From positions 96,001-160,000 of the forward strand of contig JANRLD010000115.1 in the NCBI GenBank assembly GCA_033762915.1: a DNA stretch of 64,000 nt, in the 5' to 3' direction. This document shows, in pieces, positions 1-11,711 of this stretch. Each line of letters begins with the position of its first letter. Position 1 is the first letter of the stretch. Position numbers and translations under genes: made by a program. Origin of the DNA: Meiothermus sp. GTDB taxonomy: Bacteria > Deinococcota > Deinococci > Deinococcales > Thermaceae. The notes below the pieces were generated by a model that did no database searches, was not told the DNA's origin, and saw nothing but the letters and a program-made list of their open reading frames with translations.

Positions 1-108
1 TATCCCTACGGTTGTGTTGGGTTGGACTGTGGGATGGTTTGTGTTTGGGTTGCCTTTGCTGATTTTCGCTGCCCCTTGCTGCCTCCCGCTTCCCGCCTAC
101 CGCTGACC

Positions 109-1767
109 TCAACGCATCAACTGGTTAATCACGCCCTGGAATATCTGCGCCCGGCGCTCCACGCTCAGGCTGCCCAGGTCACCGCTGACAAAGCTGGCGC
201 GGCCCCGGCCCATCTCGCTGGCCTCGTTGATGGGCTTCTGGCCCTCGTTATTCGTAATCATCATCAGCCGCCCGCCGCCTTCCACCCAGCCGCGCAGCAT
301 CTTGCGGTGGGCGTCGGGCCAGTTGTCGGTCCAGTTGGTCGGCAGCACCCAGATCACCAGGTTGAAGTCGTCGATCTTGTCCAGGCCGGGCCGAGCATCG
401 GGCTTGATCTGCATGACCTCGGTGCGGAAGCCCAGGCGCTCGAGGGCCATCCTGGCCCCGTCTGCGCCGCTGGTCTCGACCACCAGCAGGGCCGACCGGC
501 CGTTGGGGCGAGGTTGGTTGGCCTGAGGCGGCTGGGGCTGCGGCTGGGGCTGCGGGTTATTGGCCTGATCGCGCCCGCGAATCGCCGCCGCGGCCTCGGT
601 CAGCCGAATGACGCCGCGCCCCGTGCCCGCGCCCAGCGCCTGGGCCGAGCCCAGCAGAGCCTGACGCACCTGGCTGGCGTTGGCTTGGCCGTTCGACATC
701 AGCAGCGCGGCGCTGCCTGCCGTGACGGCAGTAGCGACCGAAGTCCCGCTCATGGCCATATAACGCCCGCCGGGAATCGCCGAGAGCACGTTGACGCCGG
801 GGGCCACCAGGTCGGGCTTGGATAGCGTGGTGTTGTACGGCTCGCCCCAGCGCACCTCGCCCCGGCTGCTGAAACCCGCCAGCCCGTTCTGCTCGTTGAC
901 CGCCCCCACGCCCAACACATCGGGCATGTTGCCGGGAGATGCGGTAGCCCCGCCGGAGTTGCCGATGGCGAATATGGGCAGCACCCCCATCTGCTTCATG
1001 CGCTCGACCAGCGGGGCAAACTCCGTCCAGGTGCCCTCGAGGCCCAGCGACATCGAGACGATCTGCACGTTCTGCTCGAGCACCCAGTCGATCCCGCCCA
1101 GCACCTGGGCCAGCGTCCCAAAACCTTCCGGCAGCACCAGCGCCGAGACCAGCCGGGCGTCCGGGGCCATGCCCACGCCGCTGCCGACCAGCAGGGCGGC
1201 GGTGTGGGTGCCGTGCTGGGCCGAGTCGTAGGGCTCGGCGGCGCGGGGGTGCCCGCCTGCGTCAATCACCGCGAAGGCCGCGACCTTGCCGCGCAGTTCG
1301 GGGTGGGAGGCGTCCAGGCCTGTGTCAAGGTGGCCGATGCGCACGCCCTGGCCGCGCATCCCGGCACCCCAGAGCTGCCTGGCCCCGGTGGCATCCAGGG
1401 CCCAGTTGGTGCCGCCGCTGGTGGGCACCGACATCGCCGAGAGCACCGGCTGGGCCATGCGCACGGGGCGGTTGGCGTAGACCCGGCGCACCCCCGGAAG
1501 GTTGACCAAGCGTCCCACCTGGGCCTCGGGCAGGCGCACCAGGAAACTCTGGCTGGCCCAGTAGCCCTCGCGGATCTGCACCTTGAGTCGGCCCTGCATC
1601 TGCCCCAGATGGCGCTGGAGGAGTTGCATGAGCTGCTGGCGCGACTGGCCCGGGGGGAGCTGCGGCCCGTCCAGCTCGACAATCACCTCGACGATGCCCG
1701 GCTGCGCCGCCGCGAGGGAGGAGAAAGGGATCAACAACGCCAAGAACAGCAAGGCCAAGCGTTTCAT
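109..1767 (-). CDS. Secreted subtilisin-like S8 serine protease with prodomain and C-terminal extension
   Basis: Signal peptide; triad motifs HLDTG, HGTHTA, SGTS; PQPQPQ linker before a C-terminal domain. Confidence 0.9.
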   Translation of the reverse strand: MKRLALLFLALLIPFSSLAAAQPGIVEVIVELDGPQLPPGQSRQQLMQLLQRHLGQMQGRLKVQIREGYWASQSFLVRLPEAQVGRLVNLPGVRRVYANRPVRMAQPVLSAMSVPTSGGTNWALDATGARQLWGAGMRGQGVRIGHLDTGLDASHPELRGKVAAFAVIDAGGHPRAAEPYDSAQHGTHTAALLVGSGVGMAPDARLVSALVLPEGFGTLAQVLGGIDWVLEQNVQIVSMSLGLEGTWTEFAPLVERMKQMGVLPIFAIGNSGGATASPGNMPDVLGVGAVNEQNGLAGFSSRGEVRWGEPYNTTLSKPDLVAPGVNVLSAIPGGRYMAMSGTSVATAVTAGSAALLMSNGQANASQVRQALLGSAQALGAGTGRGVIRLTEAAAAIRGRDQANNPQPQPQPQPPQANQPRPNGRSALLVVETSGADGARMALERLGFRTEVMQIKPDARPGLDKIDDFNLVIWVLPTNWTDNWPDAHRKMLRGWVEGGGRLMMITNNEGQKPINEASEMGRGRASFVSGDLGSLSVERRAQIFQGVINQLMR

Positions 1768-1865
1768 GTCCTCAAGTTAAGCCTCGAGCCGGACCGTCGC
1801 TTGAGCGAGGACTAAAGGTTTCTTGGGGAACGGGGTTTAGGAATAGTTTAAGTGTCGGCACGGTA

Positions 1866-1960
1866 GAAGTGCGAAATGCCCTCCCAATACACCCCAAGGG
1901 AATTGCGCCAGGAACGGAGCTGCTGCGTCCGCCGCTTTCGCAAATCTACCCTGGCGCAAC
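1866..1960 (-). repeat. Interspersed repeat family C, copy 1
   Basis: Reverse complement GTTGCGCCAGGGTAGATTTGCGAAAG...GGCGCAATTCCC matches 45637, 49034 and 55750. Confidence 0.8.
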
Positions 1961-1990
1961 AGTGCGCCATAATGCATCTGCGAAATCAGA

Positions 1991-2235
1991 GAGCGGTTCC
2001 CACGAACACTCGGTATGGCGGTTTTTACCGTACCGAGTGCACTACTCCGCTGATTCTGTTGGCGAACTCCAAATCTGGGCGATAAAGCGAGGATTGAGAT
2101 ACCGATGAAGACACGACTTCTCGAGTTGCACCCCGGCTTCGCCAACAGAATCTCCGCTTTAGCGCACGCTTTAGCGCACGCTTTAGCGCACGCTTTAGCG
2201 CAGCACCGTGGGCGGAGTAGTGGTGGGAAACGCGA
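1991..2235 (+). repeat. Interspersed repeat family A (MITE/REP-like), carrying a nested insertion and 4x CGCTTTAGCGCA
   Basis: GAGCGGTTCCCACGAACACTCGG...GTGGGAAACGCGA, same as 25623-25736, 9984-10097 and 26917-27030. Confidence 0.9.
2052..2152. mobile_element. 101-bp MITE with 15-bp terminal inverted repeats and 6-bp target duplication
   Basis: GATTCTGTTGGCGAA (2052-2066) / TTCGCCAACAGAATC (2138-2152), flanked by TCCGCT at 2046-2051 and 2153-2158. Confidence 0.85.
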
Positions 2236-2333
2236 AGAGGGGACAAACGTGACGTTCCCAGCGCAACTCACTGGGGGCGATTCGGAGCGGCCTCTCATCA
2301 ACCCTTGCAACACCTGGCAACGCTAGCCCATCG

Positions 2334-2732
2334 CTATTCCGCCGGAATCACCGCCGTCGCCTCGATCTCGACCTTGGCCCTGGCCTCGAGCAGCCCCGCC
2401 ACCACCACCACCGCCATCACCGGGTAGTTGCGGCCCATCAGCTCGCGGTAGACCCGGCCGAGTTCGGCGAGGGAGTCCAGGTAGGCTTGCCGGTCGGTGA
2501 CGTACCAGGTCAGGCGGACGACATGCTCGGGCTTTGCCCCCGCCTCGGCGAGGGTCTGAAGGATGTTTTGCAGGGCTTGACGCACCTGGCCCACAAACTC
2601 ATCGGTCTCGAACTCGCCCTGCGCGTTCCAGCCGATCATACCGGCGGTGAAGACCAGCGTGCCCTTGGCGGCGATGCCGTTGGCATAACCCCTGGGCTTG
2701 ACCCAGTGCGGAGGCTGCAGAACTTGTCTCAA
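2334..2732 (-). CDS. RidA/YjgF family protein (start uncertain, TTG 2732 chosen)
   Basis: PRGYANG, VFTAGMIG, LLEARAKVEIEATA; last gene of the aromatic-CoA cluster. Confidence 0.85.
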   Translation of the reverse strand: MRQVLQPPHWVKPRGYANGIAAKGTLVFTAGMIGWNAQGEFETDEFVGQVRQALQNILQTLAEAGAKPEHVVRLTWYVTDRQAYLDSLAELGRVYRELMGRNYPVMAVVVVAGLLEARAKVEIEATAVIPAE

Positions 2733-2895
2733 CCAATACCCCCTGACCCCAAACCCCCCGACACTGCCGGCCTCTCGAGTAACTTTCTCCACCGCCCCCC
2801 GCCCTCGGCGCCCCGCCCGCAGGGGGGCCGACAGGCGCGGGACGGACCACCCAATTGCCGCGCTACTCGGCGGCTCGAGGGTCTGCCGGTTGGGC

Positions 2896-4512
2896 TCATC
2901 CCCCCACCTTGCCTTCCTGCCGCAGCACGAAGCGCTGGAGCTTGCCGGTCTGGGTGCGGGGGAGGGTCTGGAGGAACTCCACGCGCCGCGGGTATTTGTA
3001 GGGCGCGATAGCCCCCTTCACGAAGTCCTGAAGCTCCTTCGTGAGGGCCTCACCCGGCGCGAAGCCTGGGCGCAGCACCACGAACGCCGAGACCAACTGC
3101 CCCCGCTCGGGGTCGGGCAGGCCCACCACCGCGCACTCGGCGACCGCCGGGTGGAGCATCAGCGCGTCCTCGACCTCCGGCCCGGCGATGTTGTAGCCCG
3201 AGGAGATGATCATGTCGTCGGTGCGGGCCTGGTAGTGGAAGTAGCCGTCCTCGTCCATCAAATAGGCGTCACCCGTGAAGTTCCAGCCGCCCTGCACGTA
3301 CTTGAGCTGGCGCTCGTCGGCCAGGTAGCGGCAGCCGGTCGGGCCGCGCACGGCCAGCCGGCCGACCTGCCCGGCAGGCAGCGGGCTGCCCTCCTCGTCC
3401 ACCACCCGGGCCTCGAATCCTGGAACGGGTTTGCCGGTCGCGCCGGGCCTGGCCTCACCCGGGAGGTGCGCGATGAAGATGTGCAGCATCTCGGTGGCCC
3501 CGATACCGTCCATCAGCTCGAGGCCGGTGGCCCCCTGCCACAGCTGGCGCGTCGAGGCGGGCAGGGCCTCTCCGGCCGAGACGCAGCGCCGAAGGGAGCC
3601 AAGGTCGAAGTCGGGAACCCGCGCCGACATCGCGCGGTAGGCGGTGGGAGAGGTGAAGACTACACTGGCCTTGAACTGCTGGATGGCCGGGAGGAGTTCG
3701 CCGGGGCCGGCCTTCTCGAGCAGCACCGTCGAGGCCCCCACCCGCAACGGGAACAGCACCAGCCCGCCCAGCCCGAAGGTGAAGGCCAAAGGAGGGCTGC
3801 CCACAAAGACGTCGTCGGGCCTTGGCTGGAGGACGTGTTTGGAAAAGGTGTCACAGACCGCCAGCACATCGCGGTGGAAGTGGATACAGCCCTTGGGCTT
3901 GCCGGTGGTGCCAGAGGTGAAGGCGATCAGGCAAGGGTCGGTAGCAGCGGTCTCCACGGTGGCGAACTCGGCGGGCTTGGCCTCGAGGTCGGCCTCGAGG
4001 GTACCCCCCGACCCCCAGTACCTCACCTGCCTCACTGTGGGGCAGCCGGGCAGGGCGTTGTTCAGCTCCTCGGCCAGCCGCGCATCGACCAGCGCGTGCG
4101 AGACCTCGGCCTTGCTGATGATCTCGGTCAGCTCCTTGGCCCTCAACAGCGGCATGGTCGCCACCGCCACCCCGCCCGCCTTCATCACCGCGAACCAGGC
4201 CGCCACCAGCATGGGGTTGTTGGCCGAGCGCAGCAGCACCCGGTTGCCGGGTATCAGGCCCAGGTCTTCGGTGAGGACTCGAGCGATTCGGTTGGCCTTT
4301 TGCAGCAGGTCGCCATAGGTCCACCGCACCTCGGGCGACTGCACGCACAGCCGATCGGGGTGCCGCTCGGCCATTTTATCCAGCAGCTCGGCGGCGCAGT
4401 TCAGGCGCTCTGGGTAGTGCAGCTCGGGCAGGGTGAAGATCAGCTCGGGCCACTCCGAGAGGGGCGGCAGGTGCTCGAGGGTGAAGCGGTCTTGGTGTGC
4501 GGTGTAACTCAC
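2896..4512 (-). CDS. abmG: 2-aminobenzoate/benzoate-CoA ligase
   Basis: AMP-binding FTSGTTGKPKG, DGIGATEMLHIF, PRTQTGK; cluster context. Confidence 0.8.
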   Translation of the reverse strand: MSYTAHQDRFTLEHLPPLSEWPELIFTLPELHYPERLNCAAELLDKMAERHPDRLCVQSPEVRWTYGDLLQKANRIARVLTEDLGLIPGNRVLLRSANNPMLVAAWFAVMKAGGVAVATMPLLRAKELTEIISKAEVSHALVDARLAEELNNALPGCPTVRQVRYWGSGGTLEADLEAKPAEFATVETAATDPCLIAFTSGTTGKPKGCIHFHRDVLAVCDTFSKHVLQPRPDDVFVGSPPLAFTFGLGGLVLFPLRVGASTVLLEKAGPGELLPAIQQFKASVVFTSPTAYRAMSARVPDFDLGSLRRCVSAGEALPASTRQLWQGATGLELMDGIGATEMLHIFIAHLPGEARPGATGKPVPGFEARVVDEEGSPLPAGQVGRLAVRGPTGCRYLADERQLKYVQGGWNFTGDAYLMDEDGYFHYQARTDDMIISSGYNIAGPEVEDALMLHPAVAECAVVGLPDPERGQLVSAFVVLRPGFAPGEALTKELQDFVKGAIAPYKYPRRVEFLQTLPRTQTGKLQRFVLRQEGKVGG

Positions 4513-4539
4513 GGGCTCGACCTCCCGATCTGGCCTGTC

Positions 4540-5733
<1,194 letters not shown>

Positions 5734-5840
5734 AGATGAAAGGGGGTTTTGCGCGAGCGGGGGTTCGGGTCGGGTCGGGGTCACGACCGTGCGACTCCGG
5801 CGGGGTCAGGGTTAATCTTGGGCAAACGCCTCGAGCCATC

Positions 5841-6659
5841 TCAGTTTCCCTCGAAGACGGGCTTCTGCTTGGCCACAAACGCCTCGTAGGCGCGGCGGAA
5901 GTCCTGGGTGGCCATGCAGAGGGCCTGGGCCTGGGCCTCGGCCTCAATGGCCTCGTCGACCCCCATGTTCCACTCCTGGTGCAGCATCCTCTTGGTGATG
6001 CCGTGGGCGAAGGTGGGGCCGGCCGCGAGCTCGAGCGCGAAGGCCTGGGCCGCTCCCAGCACCTCTTCCGGGGCGCACAGCCGGTTGAAAAACCCCCAGC
6101 GTTCGCCCTCCTCCCCGCCCATCATCCGGCCCGTGTAGAGCAGTTCGGAGGCCCTCCCCTGCCCGATGATGCGCGGCAGGATCGCGCAGGCCCCCATGTC
6201 GCATCCGGCCAGCCCGACGCGGCTAAACACAAACCCCACCTTGCTTCGCGCGGTGCCGAAGCGGAGGTCCGAGGCCATGGCCAAGATGGCCCCCGCCCCC
6301 ACGCACACCCCGTCCACCGCCGCCACCACCGGCTGCGGGCAGGCCCGCATGGCCTTCACCACGTCGCCGGTCATGCGGGTGAACTCGAGCAGTTCCGGCA
6401 TCGCCATCCGCGTGAGCGGCCCGATGATCTCATGCACGTCCCCGCCGGAGCTGAAATTCTCACCGGCCCCGCTCAGCACCACGACCTTGACATCCTTCGC
6501 GTACACCAGCGCCCCGAACAGCTCCCGCATCTCCTGGTACGACTCGAAAGTGAGCGGGTTCTTGCGCTCGGGCCGGTTCAGCGTCAGCGTGGCCACGCCG
6601 GACTCGAGCGCCCAGAGAAAGTGCTGTGGTTTGTAGTCGGACAGGGTTAGGGACTTCAT
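5841..6659 (-). CDS. Enoyl-CoA hydratase family protein
   Basis: [28 protein letters not shown] crotonase motifs. Confidence 0.92.
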   Translation of the reverse strand: MKSLTLSDYKPQHFLWALESGVATLTLNRPERKNPLTFESYQEMRELFGALVYAKDVKVVVLSGAGENFSSGGDVHEIIGPLTRMAMPELLEFTRMTGDVVKAMRACPQPVVAAVDGVCVGAGAILAMASDLRFGTARSKVGFVFSRVGLAGCDMGACAILPRIIGQGRASELLYTGRMMGGEEGERWGFFNRLCAPEEVLGAAQAFALELAAGPTFAHGITKRMLHQEWNMGVDEAIEAEAQAQALCMATQDFRRAYEAFVAKQKPVFEGN

Positions 6660-6717
6660 CGAACCTCACTTCAGGAGCGGCGGTTAGCAGTTAGTAGCTT
6701 CTGGCCCGCGACGTGAC

Positions 6718-7494
6718 CTATCCCATCACCTCGCCGCCCGCCACCGCGATGGCCTGACCCGTGACTGCCGCTGAGCCCGGTTGACACAGCCATACTACCG
6801 CCTGGGCCACCTCCTCGGGGGTCACGAAGCGGCCCTGGGGGTTGGTGCGTAGCAGGTCGCGCCGGGCCTGTTCCTCGCTGCGCCCGGTCTTGCTCACCAC
6901 GTTGCTCAGCGAGTGTTGCAGCATCTCGGTCTCGGTGAAGCCGGGGCAGACCGCGTTGACGGTGACGTTCTTGGCAGCCAGCTCGAGGGCCAGCGCCCGG
7001 GTCAGTCCCACCACCCCGTGCTTGGCCGCCACGTAGGCGCTCACATAGGGGTAGCCGGTCAGTCCGGCGGTGCTGGCGACATTGACGATCCGTCCCCAGC
7101 CGGCCCCCAGCATCGAGGGCAGCGCGGCCTGGGTGACGTGGAAGGTACCGGTGAGGTTGGCCTCGAGCATCCGCTGCCACAGCTCGTGACCGGTCTTAAG
7201 GAAGGGCTGGCTCTCGGCCTGCCCGGCGTTGTTGACCAGGATCGAGACCGGCCCCAGCGCGTCAACCGCCCGCTGAACGGACAGCTTCACCGCCTCGGCT
7301 TGGGTGATGTCGCAGGTCTCGAGGTGAACCTGGGTCTGGAGAAGGGGGGCCGTGGCCGCCAGCCGCGCCCGATCCCGCCCGACCAGGGTCAGGTGGGCGC
7401 CCTCCGCCGCCAGCACCGCCGCTATCGCCGCCCCGATGCCGCGCCCTCCACCGGTCACGAGCGCGTGCAGGCCGCGCAGGTTTCGGGGGGTCAT
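6718..7494 (-). CDS. SDR oxidoreductase (3-hydroxyacyl-CoA dehydrogenase-like)
   Basis: [17 protein letters not shown]. Confidence 0.92.
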   Translation of the reverse strand: MTPRNLRGLHALVTGGGRGIGAAIAAVLAAEGAHLTLVGRDRARLAATAPLLQTQVHLETCDITQAEAVKLSVQRAVDALGPVSILVNNAGQAESQPFLKTGHELWQRMLEANLTGTFHVTQAALPSMLGAGWGRIVNVASTAGLTGYPYVSAYVAAKHGVVGLTRALALELAAKNVTVNAVCPGFTETEMLQHSLSNVVSKTGRSEEQARRDLLRTNPQGRFVTPEEVAQAVVWLCQPGSAAVTGQAIAVAGGEVMG

Positions 7495-9818
7495 CGGGCC
7501 GCTGCCTCCTCGGCCAGGCTGGCCTGGGCCCTGGCCAGGTTGCGCTCGAGCTGGGTTTTGCCGGCCAGGTATTGCTTAGGCCAGCCGACCCCGGTGTAGC
7601 CCAGCTTGGCGGCCTGGTTGAGCGTCCAGTGGGGGTCGGCCAGGTGGGGGCGGGCGATGGCGCAGAGGTCGGCCCGGCCCGCCGCGATGATCGAGTTGAC
7701 GTGATCGGCCTCGAAGATGGCCCCCACCGCCATGGTCGCCACCCCAACCTCGTTGCGGATCTGGTCGGCAAACGGGGTCTGGTACATCCGGCCGTAGACC
7801 GGGCGGGCGGCCCGGGTGGTCTGGCCCGACGACACGTCGATCAGGTCGCAGCCGGCGGCCTTGAACAGTCTCGAGATCTCCACCGCGTCTTCGGGGGTGT
7901 TGCCGCCCGGAGCCCAGTCGTGGGCGGAGATGCGCACCGACATGGGCAGGTGATCGGGCCAAACGGCGCGTAGCGCGGCAAAGACCTCCAGCGGATAGCG
8001 CGCCCGGTTCTCCAGCGTCCCGCCGTACTCGTCAGTGCGGAGGTTGGTGAGCGGGCACAGGAAGGCCGAGAGCAAATAGCCGTGAGCGCAGTGCAGCTCG
8101 AGCCAGTCGAAGCCAGCCTCCACTCCCCACCGCGCCGCCCGCTCAAACTCGGCCTTAACCTGCTCCATGTCCTCGCGGGTCATGGCCCGCGGGGTCTGGC
8201 TGGCGGGGCCGTAGGGCAGTGCAGAGGGGGCGATCAGGGGCCAGTTGCCCTCTCTCAGCGGCTCGTTCTCGTCCTCCCAGCCCACCTGGGTCGAGCCCTT
8301 CGGCCCGGCGTGGCCCAGCTGAAGGGCGATCTTGGCGTCGGAGTTCTGGTGGACAAAGCGGACAATTCGGGCGTAGGCCTCGGCATGCTCGGGGGCGTAC
8401 ATCCCGGCGCAGCCAGGGGTAATGCGGGCATCCGGCGACGGGCAGGTCATCTCGGTGAAGAGCAACCCCGCGCCCCCCAAGGCCCTGGCCCCGATGTGGA
8501 CGAGGTGAAACTCGTTTACCGCCCCGCCCCGCGCCGAGTACATCGCCATCGGGGAGAAAACCACCCGGTTTTTCAGCTCGAGACCCCGCAACCGGAAGGG
8601 CGTGAACATCGGCGGGACGGCCCCGGACGACCGGCCGGACTTCTCGGCCAGCCAGCTCTCCACCTCGCGCACGTAGCCCGCGTCGCGCAGCCGCAGATTC
8701 TCGTGCGAGATGCGCTGCGAGCGGGTGAGCAGGCTGTAGGCGAACTGCTCGGGCTCGAGACGGGCGTAGCGCCCCACGTTCTCGAACCACTCGGTGGAGT
8801 TGCGGGCGGCGTTTTGGATCTTTAGTACTTCCACCGAGCGCACCGCCTGGTACGCCTCGAGCACCCCGGGCAGGTCTTCGGGCCGGTCGCCCACCCGGCC
8901 CAGGCAGCGGGCCAGCTCGATGGCGTCCTCGAGGGCCAGCTTGGTGCCGCTCCCGATGGAGAAGTGGGCGGTGTGGGCGGCGTCGCCCATCAGCACAACC
9001 GGCACCACGCCGTTCCAGTGAACCCAGCTCCGGCAGACCACCCGGGGGAACTTAATCCAGATGGCCGAGCCGCGCAGGTGTGCGGCATTGGTGATCAGCC
9101 GGTGGCCACCCAGAACGTCGGCGAACAGCGCTTCGCAGAAGGCGATGCCCTCCTCTTGGGACATGGCCTCGAGGCCAGCGGCCCGCCAGACCGTCTCCGG
9201 GGCCTCGACGATAAAGGTCGAGGTATCGGCGTCGAACTGGTAGGCGTGGGCCTGGAACCAGCCATAGGGGGTCTGGCAGAAGGCGAAGGTGAAGGCGTCG
9301 AACTTCTGTTTGGTGCCCAGCCAGACGAAGCGGCACTTGCGCAGGTCGATATCGGGCTGGAAGGTGGCCGCGTACTTGGTGCGCACCCGGCTGTTGATGC
9401 CGTCACTGGCGATGACCAGGTCGGCCTTGTACTGGCGTGCCAGCGCCTCGTCGTCCTCGACGTTGGCCTCGAAGACCAGCTTTACACCGAGCTCGAGGCA
9501 GCGCTCCTGCAAGATGTTGAGGAGCCGCATCCGCCCGATCCCGATGAAGCCGTGGCCGCTGGAGCGGGTCCGGGTGCCCTTGAAGTGCACCTCAATGTCG
9601 TCCCAGTGGTTGAAGGCGTCGCGAATCTTCTGGTAGCTGGGGAGGTCGGCGGCCTCGAGGTTGCCCAGGGTCTGGTCGGAGAAGACCACCCCCCAGCCGA
9701 AGGTGTCGTGGGGCCGATTACGCTCGAGGACGATCACCTCGTGGGCGGGGTTCTGCTTCTTGGCCAGAAGGGCAAAATACAGCCCCGCCGGCCCTCCTCC
9801 GATGCACACGATCCGCAT
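7491..9818 (-). CDS. abmA: Bifunctional anthraniloyl-CoA monooxygenase/reductase (salicylyl-CoA 5-hydroxylase family)
   Basis: N-terminal FAD monooxygenase ([23 protein letters not shown]) fused to an OYE-type domain ([19 protein letters not shown]); 775 aa. Confidence 0.88.
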   Translation of the reverse strand: MRIVCIGGGPAGLYFALLAKKQNPAHEVIVLERNRPHDTFGWGVVFSDQTLGNLEAADLPSYQKIRDAFNHWDDIEVHFKGTRTRSSGHGFIGIGRMRLLNILQERCLELGVKLVFEANVEDDEALARQYKADLVIASDGINSRVRTKYAATFQPDIDLRKCRFVWLGTKQKFDAFTFAFCQTPYGWFQAHAYQFDADTSTFIVEAPETVWRAAGLEAMSQEEGIAFCEALFADVLGGHRLITNAAHLRGSAIWIKFPRVVCRSWVHWNGVVPVVLMGDAAHTAHFSIGSGTKLALEDAIELARCLGRVGDRPEDLPGVLEAYQAVRSVEVLKIQNAARNSTEWFENVGRYARLEPEQFAYSLLTRSQRISHENLRLRDAGYVREVESWLAEKSGRSSGAVPPMFTPFRLRGLELKNRVVFSPMAMYSARGGAVNEFHLVHIGARALGGAGLLFTEMTCPSPDARITPGCAGMYAPEHAEAYARIVRFVHQNSDAKIALQLGHAGPKGSTQVGWEDENEPLREGNWPLIAPSALPYGPASQTPRAMTREDMEQVKAEFERAARWGVEAGFDWLELHCAHGYLLSAFLCPLTNLRTDEYGGTLENRARYPLEVFAALRAVWPDHLPMSVRISAHDWAPGGNTPEDAVEISRLFKAAGCDLIDVSSGQTTRAARPVYGRMYQTPFADQIRNEVGVATMAVGAIFEADHVNSIIAAGRADLCAIARPHLADPHWTLNQAAKLGYTGVGWPKQYLAGKTQLERNLARAQASLAEEAAAR

Positions 9819-9983
9819 CTGATTGTTCCCTCCGCAACCAGTCTATACCGTCCGGGTGATTGTTTGAGTGCGGTGGTGTGGGCCGCCGAAACTCAAGGGC
9901 AACCCGCCCGGCCTGCCCCGAACGCCATCAACCGCGCGCTGGCCGGGCCTCGAGGCACGGACGGGCCCAGAGGGGGCACCTCA

Positions 9984-10097
9984 TTGCGTTTCCCGCCCAT
10001 ATTCGGCCCACAATACTGCGCTAAAGCGTGCGCTAAAGCGGAGTATTGCGCTGGGTACAGCAAAAACCGCCGTACCGAGTGTTCGTAAGAACCGCTC
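9984..10097 (-). repeat. Repeat family A copy abutting the xylB stop codon
   Basis: Reverse complement of the family A consensus; starts right after TGA 10098-10100. Confidence 0.88.
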
Positions 10098-11543
10098 TCA
10101 CCCCTCGAACCAGCCCTTCAGGCTCTTGTACAGCTCGCGGTAGCGGCGGTAGGCGGCCTCGAGCCCCAGCCCCGCCTGCGGCTCGGCCACCCGCACGGGC
10201 CTGGGAGCCAACTCCGCCACCGCATTCACGCCAGCATAGACCCCAACCGCCATGCCGCCCAGCAGCGCGGCCCCCCGCGCCGAGGCGGAGGGAACATCGG
10301 TGGCCAGCAGTGGCCGGCCCAGCACGTCGGAGAGCAGTTGCCGCCAGCGCGGGTCGGCGGTTCCTCCGCCTGCCAGTCGGATTTCGGGGATTGCTACGTC
10401 GTTGGCCTCGAGTGCCTCCATGCCCTCTCGGACGGAGAAGGCCACACCCTCGAGGGCCGAGCGCATCAGGTGCCCTCGTCCGTGGTGTAAGCCCAAACCG
10501 GCCCATTCGCCACGGGCGGCAGGGTTCATGTGCGGGGTGCGCTCGCCGGTCAGGAAGGGCAGGAAGGTCAGGCCTTCTGCGCCCGCCGGAACCGCGAAGG
10601 CCTCCTCGTAAGCCTGCTCCCAGCTCAGGCCCAGCACCTTTCGTACCCACTCCAGGGCCAGTCCCGCGTTCTGCATTGCCGCCATCGCGTACCAGCGCCC
10701 CGGCACCGCCCCCCGGTAGAGGTGGGTGCGGAGGGCCAGGTCGACCTTGGGGCGGTCGAGCGGAGCCACCAGCTGCGCCCCGCTGCCCACGCTAAGCTGC
10801 ACTGGGCCGGGGTGGATCAGCCCGGAGCCCAGCATGGCGGCGGCGGTGTCGCCCGCGCCGGTCGCCACCGGAGTACCGGCCCGCAGGCCCAGGTGTCGGG
10901 CGGCCTCGAGGCTCAGCTCCCCCGCCACCGCGCTCGAGGGCTGCAAGGGCGGCAGCAGGTCGCGGCGCAGGCCCAGGGTATCGATCAGGTCGTCGAACCA
11001 GCCGTCGCCCTCGAGGTCGTACAGGAGCGTGGCCGAGGCGTCGGAGGGCTCGGCGCAGACCCGCCCGGTCAGGCACAGGCGCAGCCAGTCCTTGGGTTGC
11101 AAGGCCCAGGCCGCGTTCCAGTAGAGCAGTTCGCGGCTCTGCAGCCACAGCAGGGTCGGCCCGGCCATACCGGTCACGATGGGGTTGCCCAGGCGGCGGC
11201 GCTCGTAGGCGCTGAGCGCACGGTAAAGGTCGAGCTGCAGTGCGCTGCGGGTATCGGCCCACAGCACGGCGTTCCTCAGCGGCATCCCATCGGGCTTGCA
11301 CAGCACCACCCCGTGCATCTGCCCCGACAGCCCGATCGAGCGCACCTCACCCCCGCGCTCCCCCACCGCCTCCTGCACCGCCTCGCCCGCCGCGTGCCAC
11401 CACTCGAGGGGGTCGGTCTCGGCGTACCCCGGTCTGGGAGCCGTCACCGCGTAGGCCCGGCTGGCCTCGCCCAGCACCTGCCCGTCCTCGCTCAAGAGCA
11501 GGGCCTTGAGCGAGCCGGTTCCAAGATCGAGTCCGAGCAGCAT
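10098..11543 (-). CDS. xylB: Xylulokinase (FGGY family)
   Basis: MLLGLDLGTGSLK, SGQMHG, LWADTR, PFLTGERTP. Confidence 0.85.
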   Translation of the reverse strand: MLLGLDLGTGSLKALLLSEDGQVLGEASRAYAVTAPRPGYAETDPLEWWHAAGEAVQEAVGERGGEVRSIGLSGQMHGVVLCKPDGMPLRNAVLWADTRSALQLDLYRALSAYERRRLGNPIVTGMAGPTLLWLQSRELLYWNAAWALQPKDWLRLCLTGRVCAEPSDASATLLYDLEGDGWFDDLIDTLGLRRDLLPPLQPSSAVAGELSLEAARHLGLRAGTPVATGAGDTAAAMLGSGLIHPGPVQLSVGSGAQLVAPLDRPKVDLALRTHLYRGAVPGRWYAMAAMQNAGLALEWVRKVLGLSWEQAYEEAFAVPAGAEGLTFLPFLTGERTPHMNPAARGEWAGLGLHHGRGHLMRSALEGVAFSVREGMEALEANDVAIPEIRLAGGGTADPRWRQLLSDVLGRPLLATDVPSASARGAALLGGMAVGVYAGVNAVAELAPRPVRVAEPQAGLGLEAAYRRYRELYKSLKGWFEG

Positions 11544-11711
11544 ATTCGAGGCAAAGCATACCGCGCTTTGCTCGGAAAGCTGCGATTGTGCGCGGGCAGA
11601 GGGCCAGAAGCGACCCCAGCACCACCGCCCGCCCCAAGCCCGTGGGGGACCTTGACCCCCCGTCAGCGGCCCCACAGCCCGGCCTCCGACCCGGCTCCTA
11701 CCATCGACCCC

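Noticed and set aside
2155..2202. CRISPR array
   Set aside because: 12-bp units are contiguous with no spacers, there are no cas genes, and they are part of repeat family A
1837..2326. ORFs with AKACAKAC / ALAHALAH / LKRALKRA repeats
   Set aside because: Translations of the non-coding 12-mer repeat in different frames
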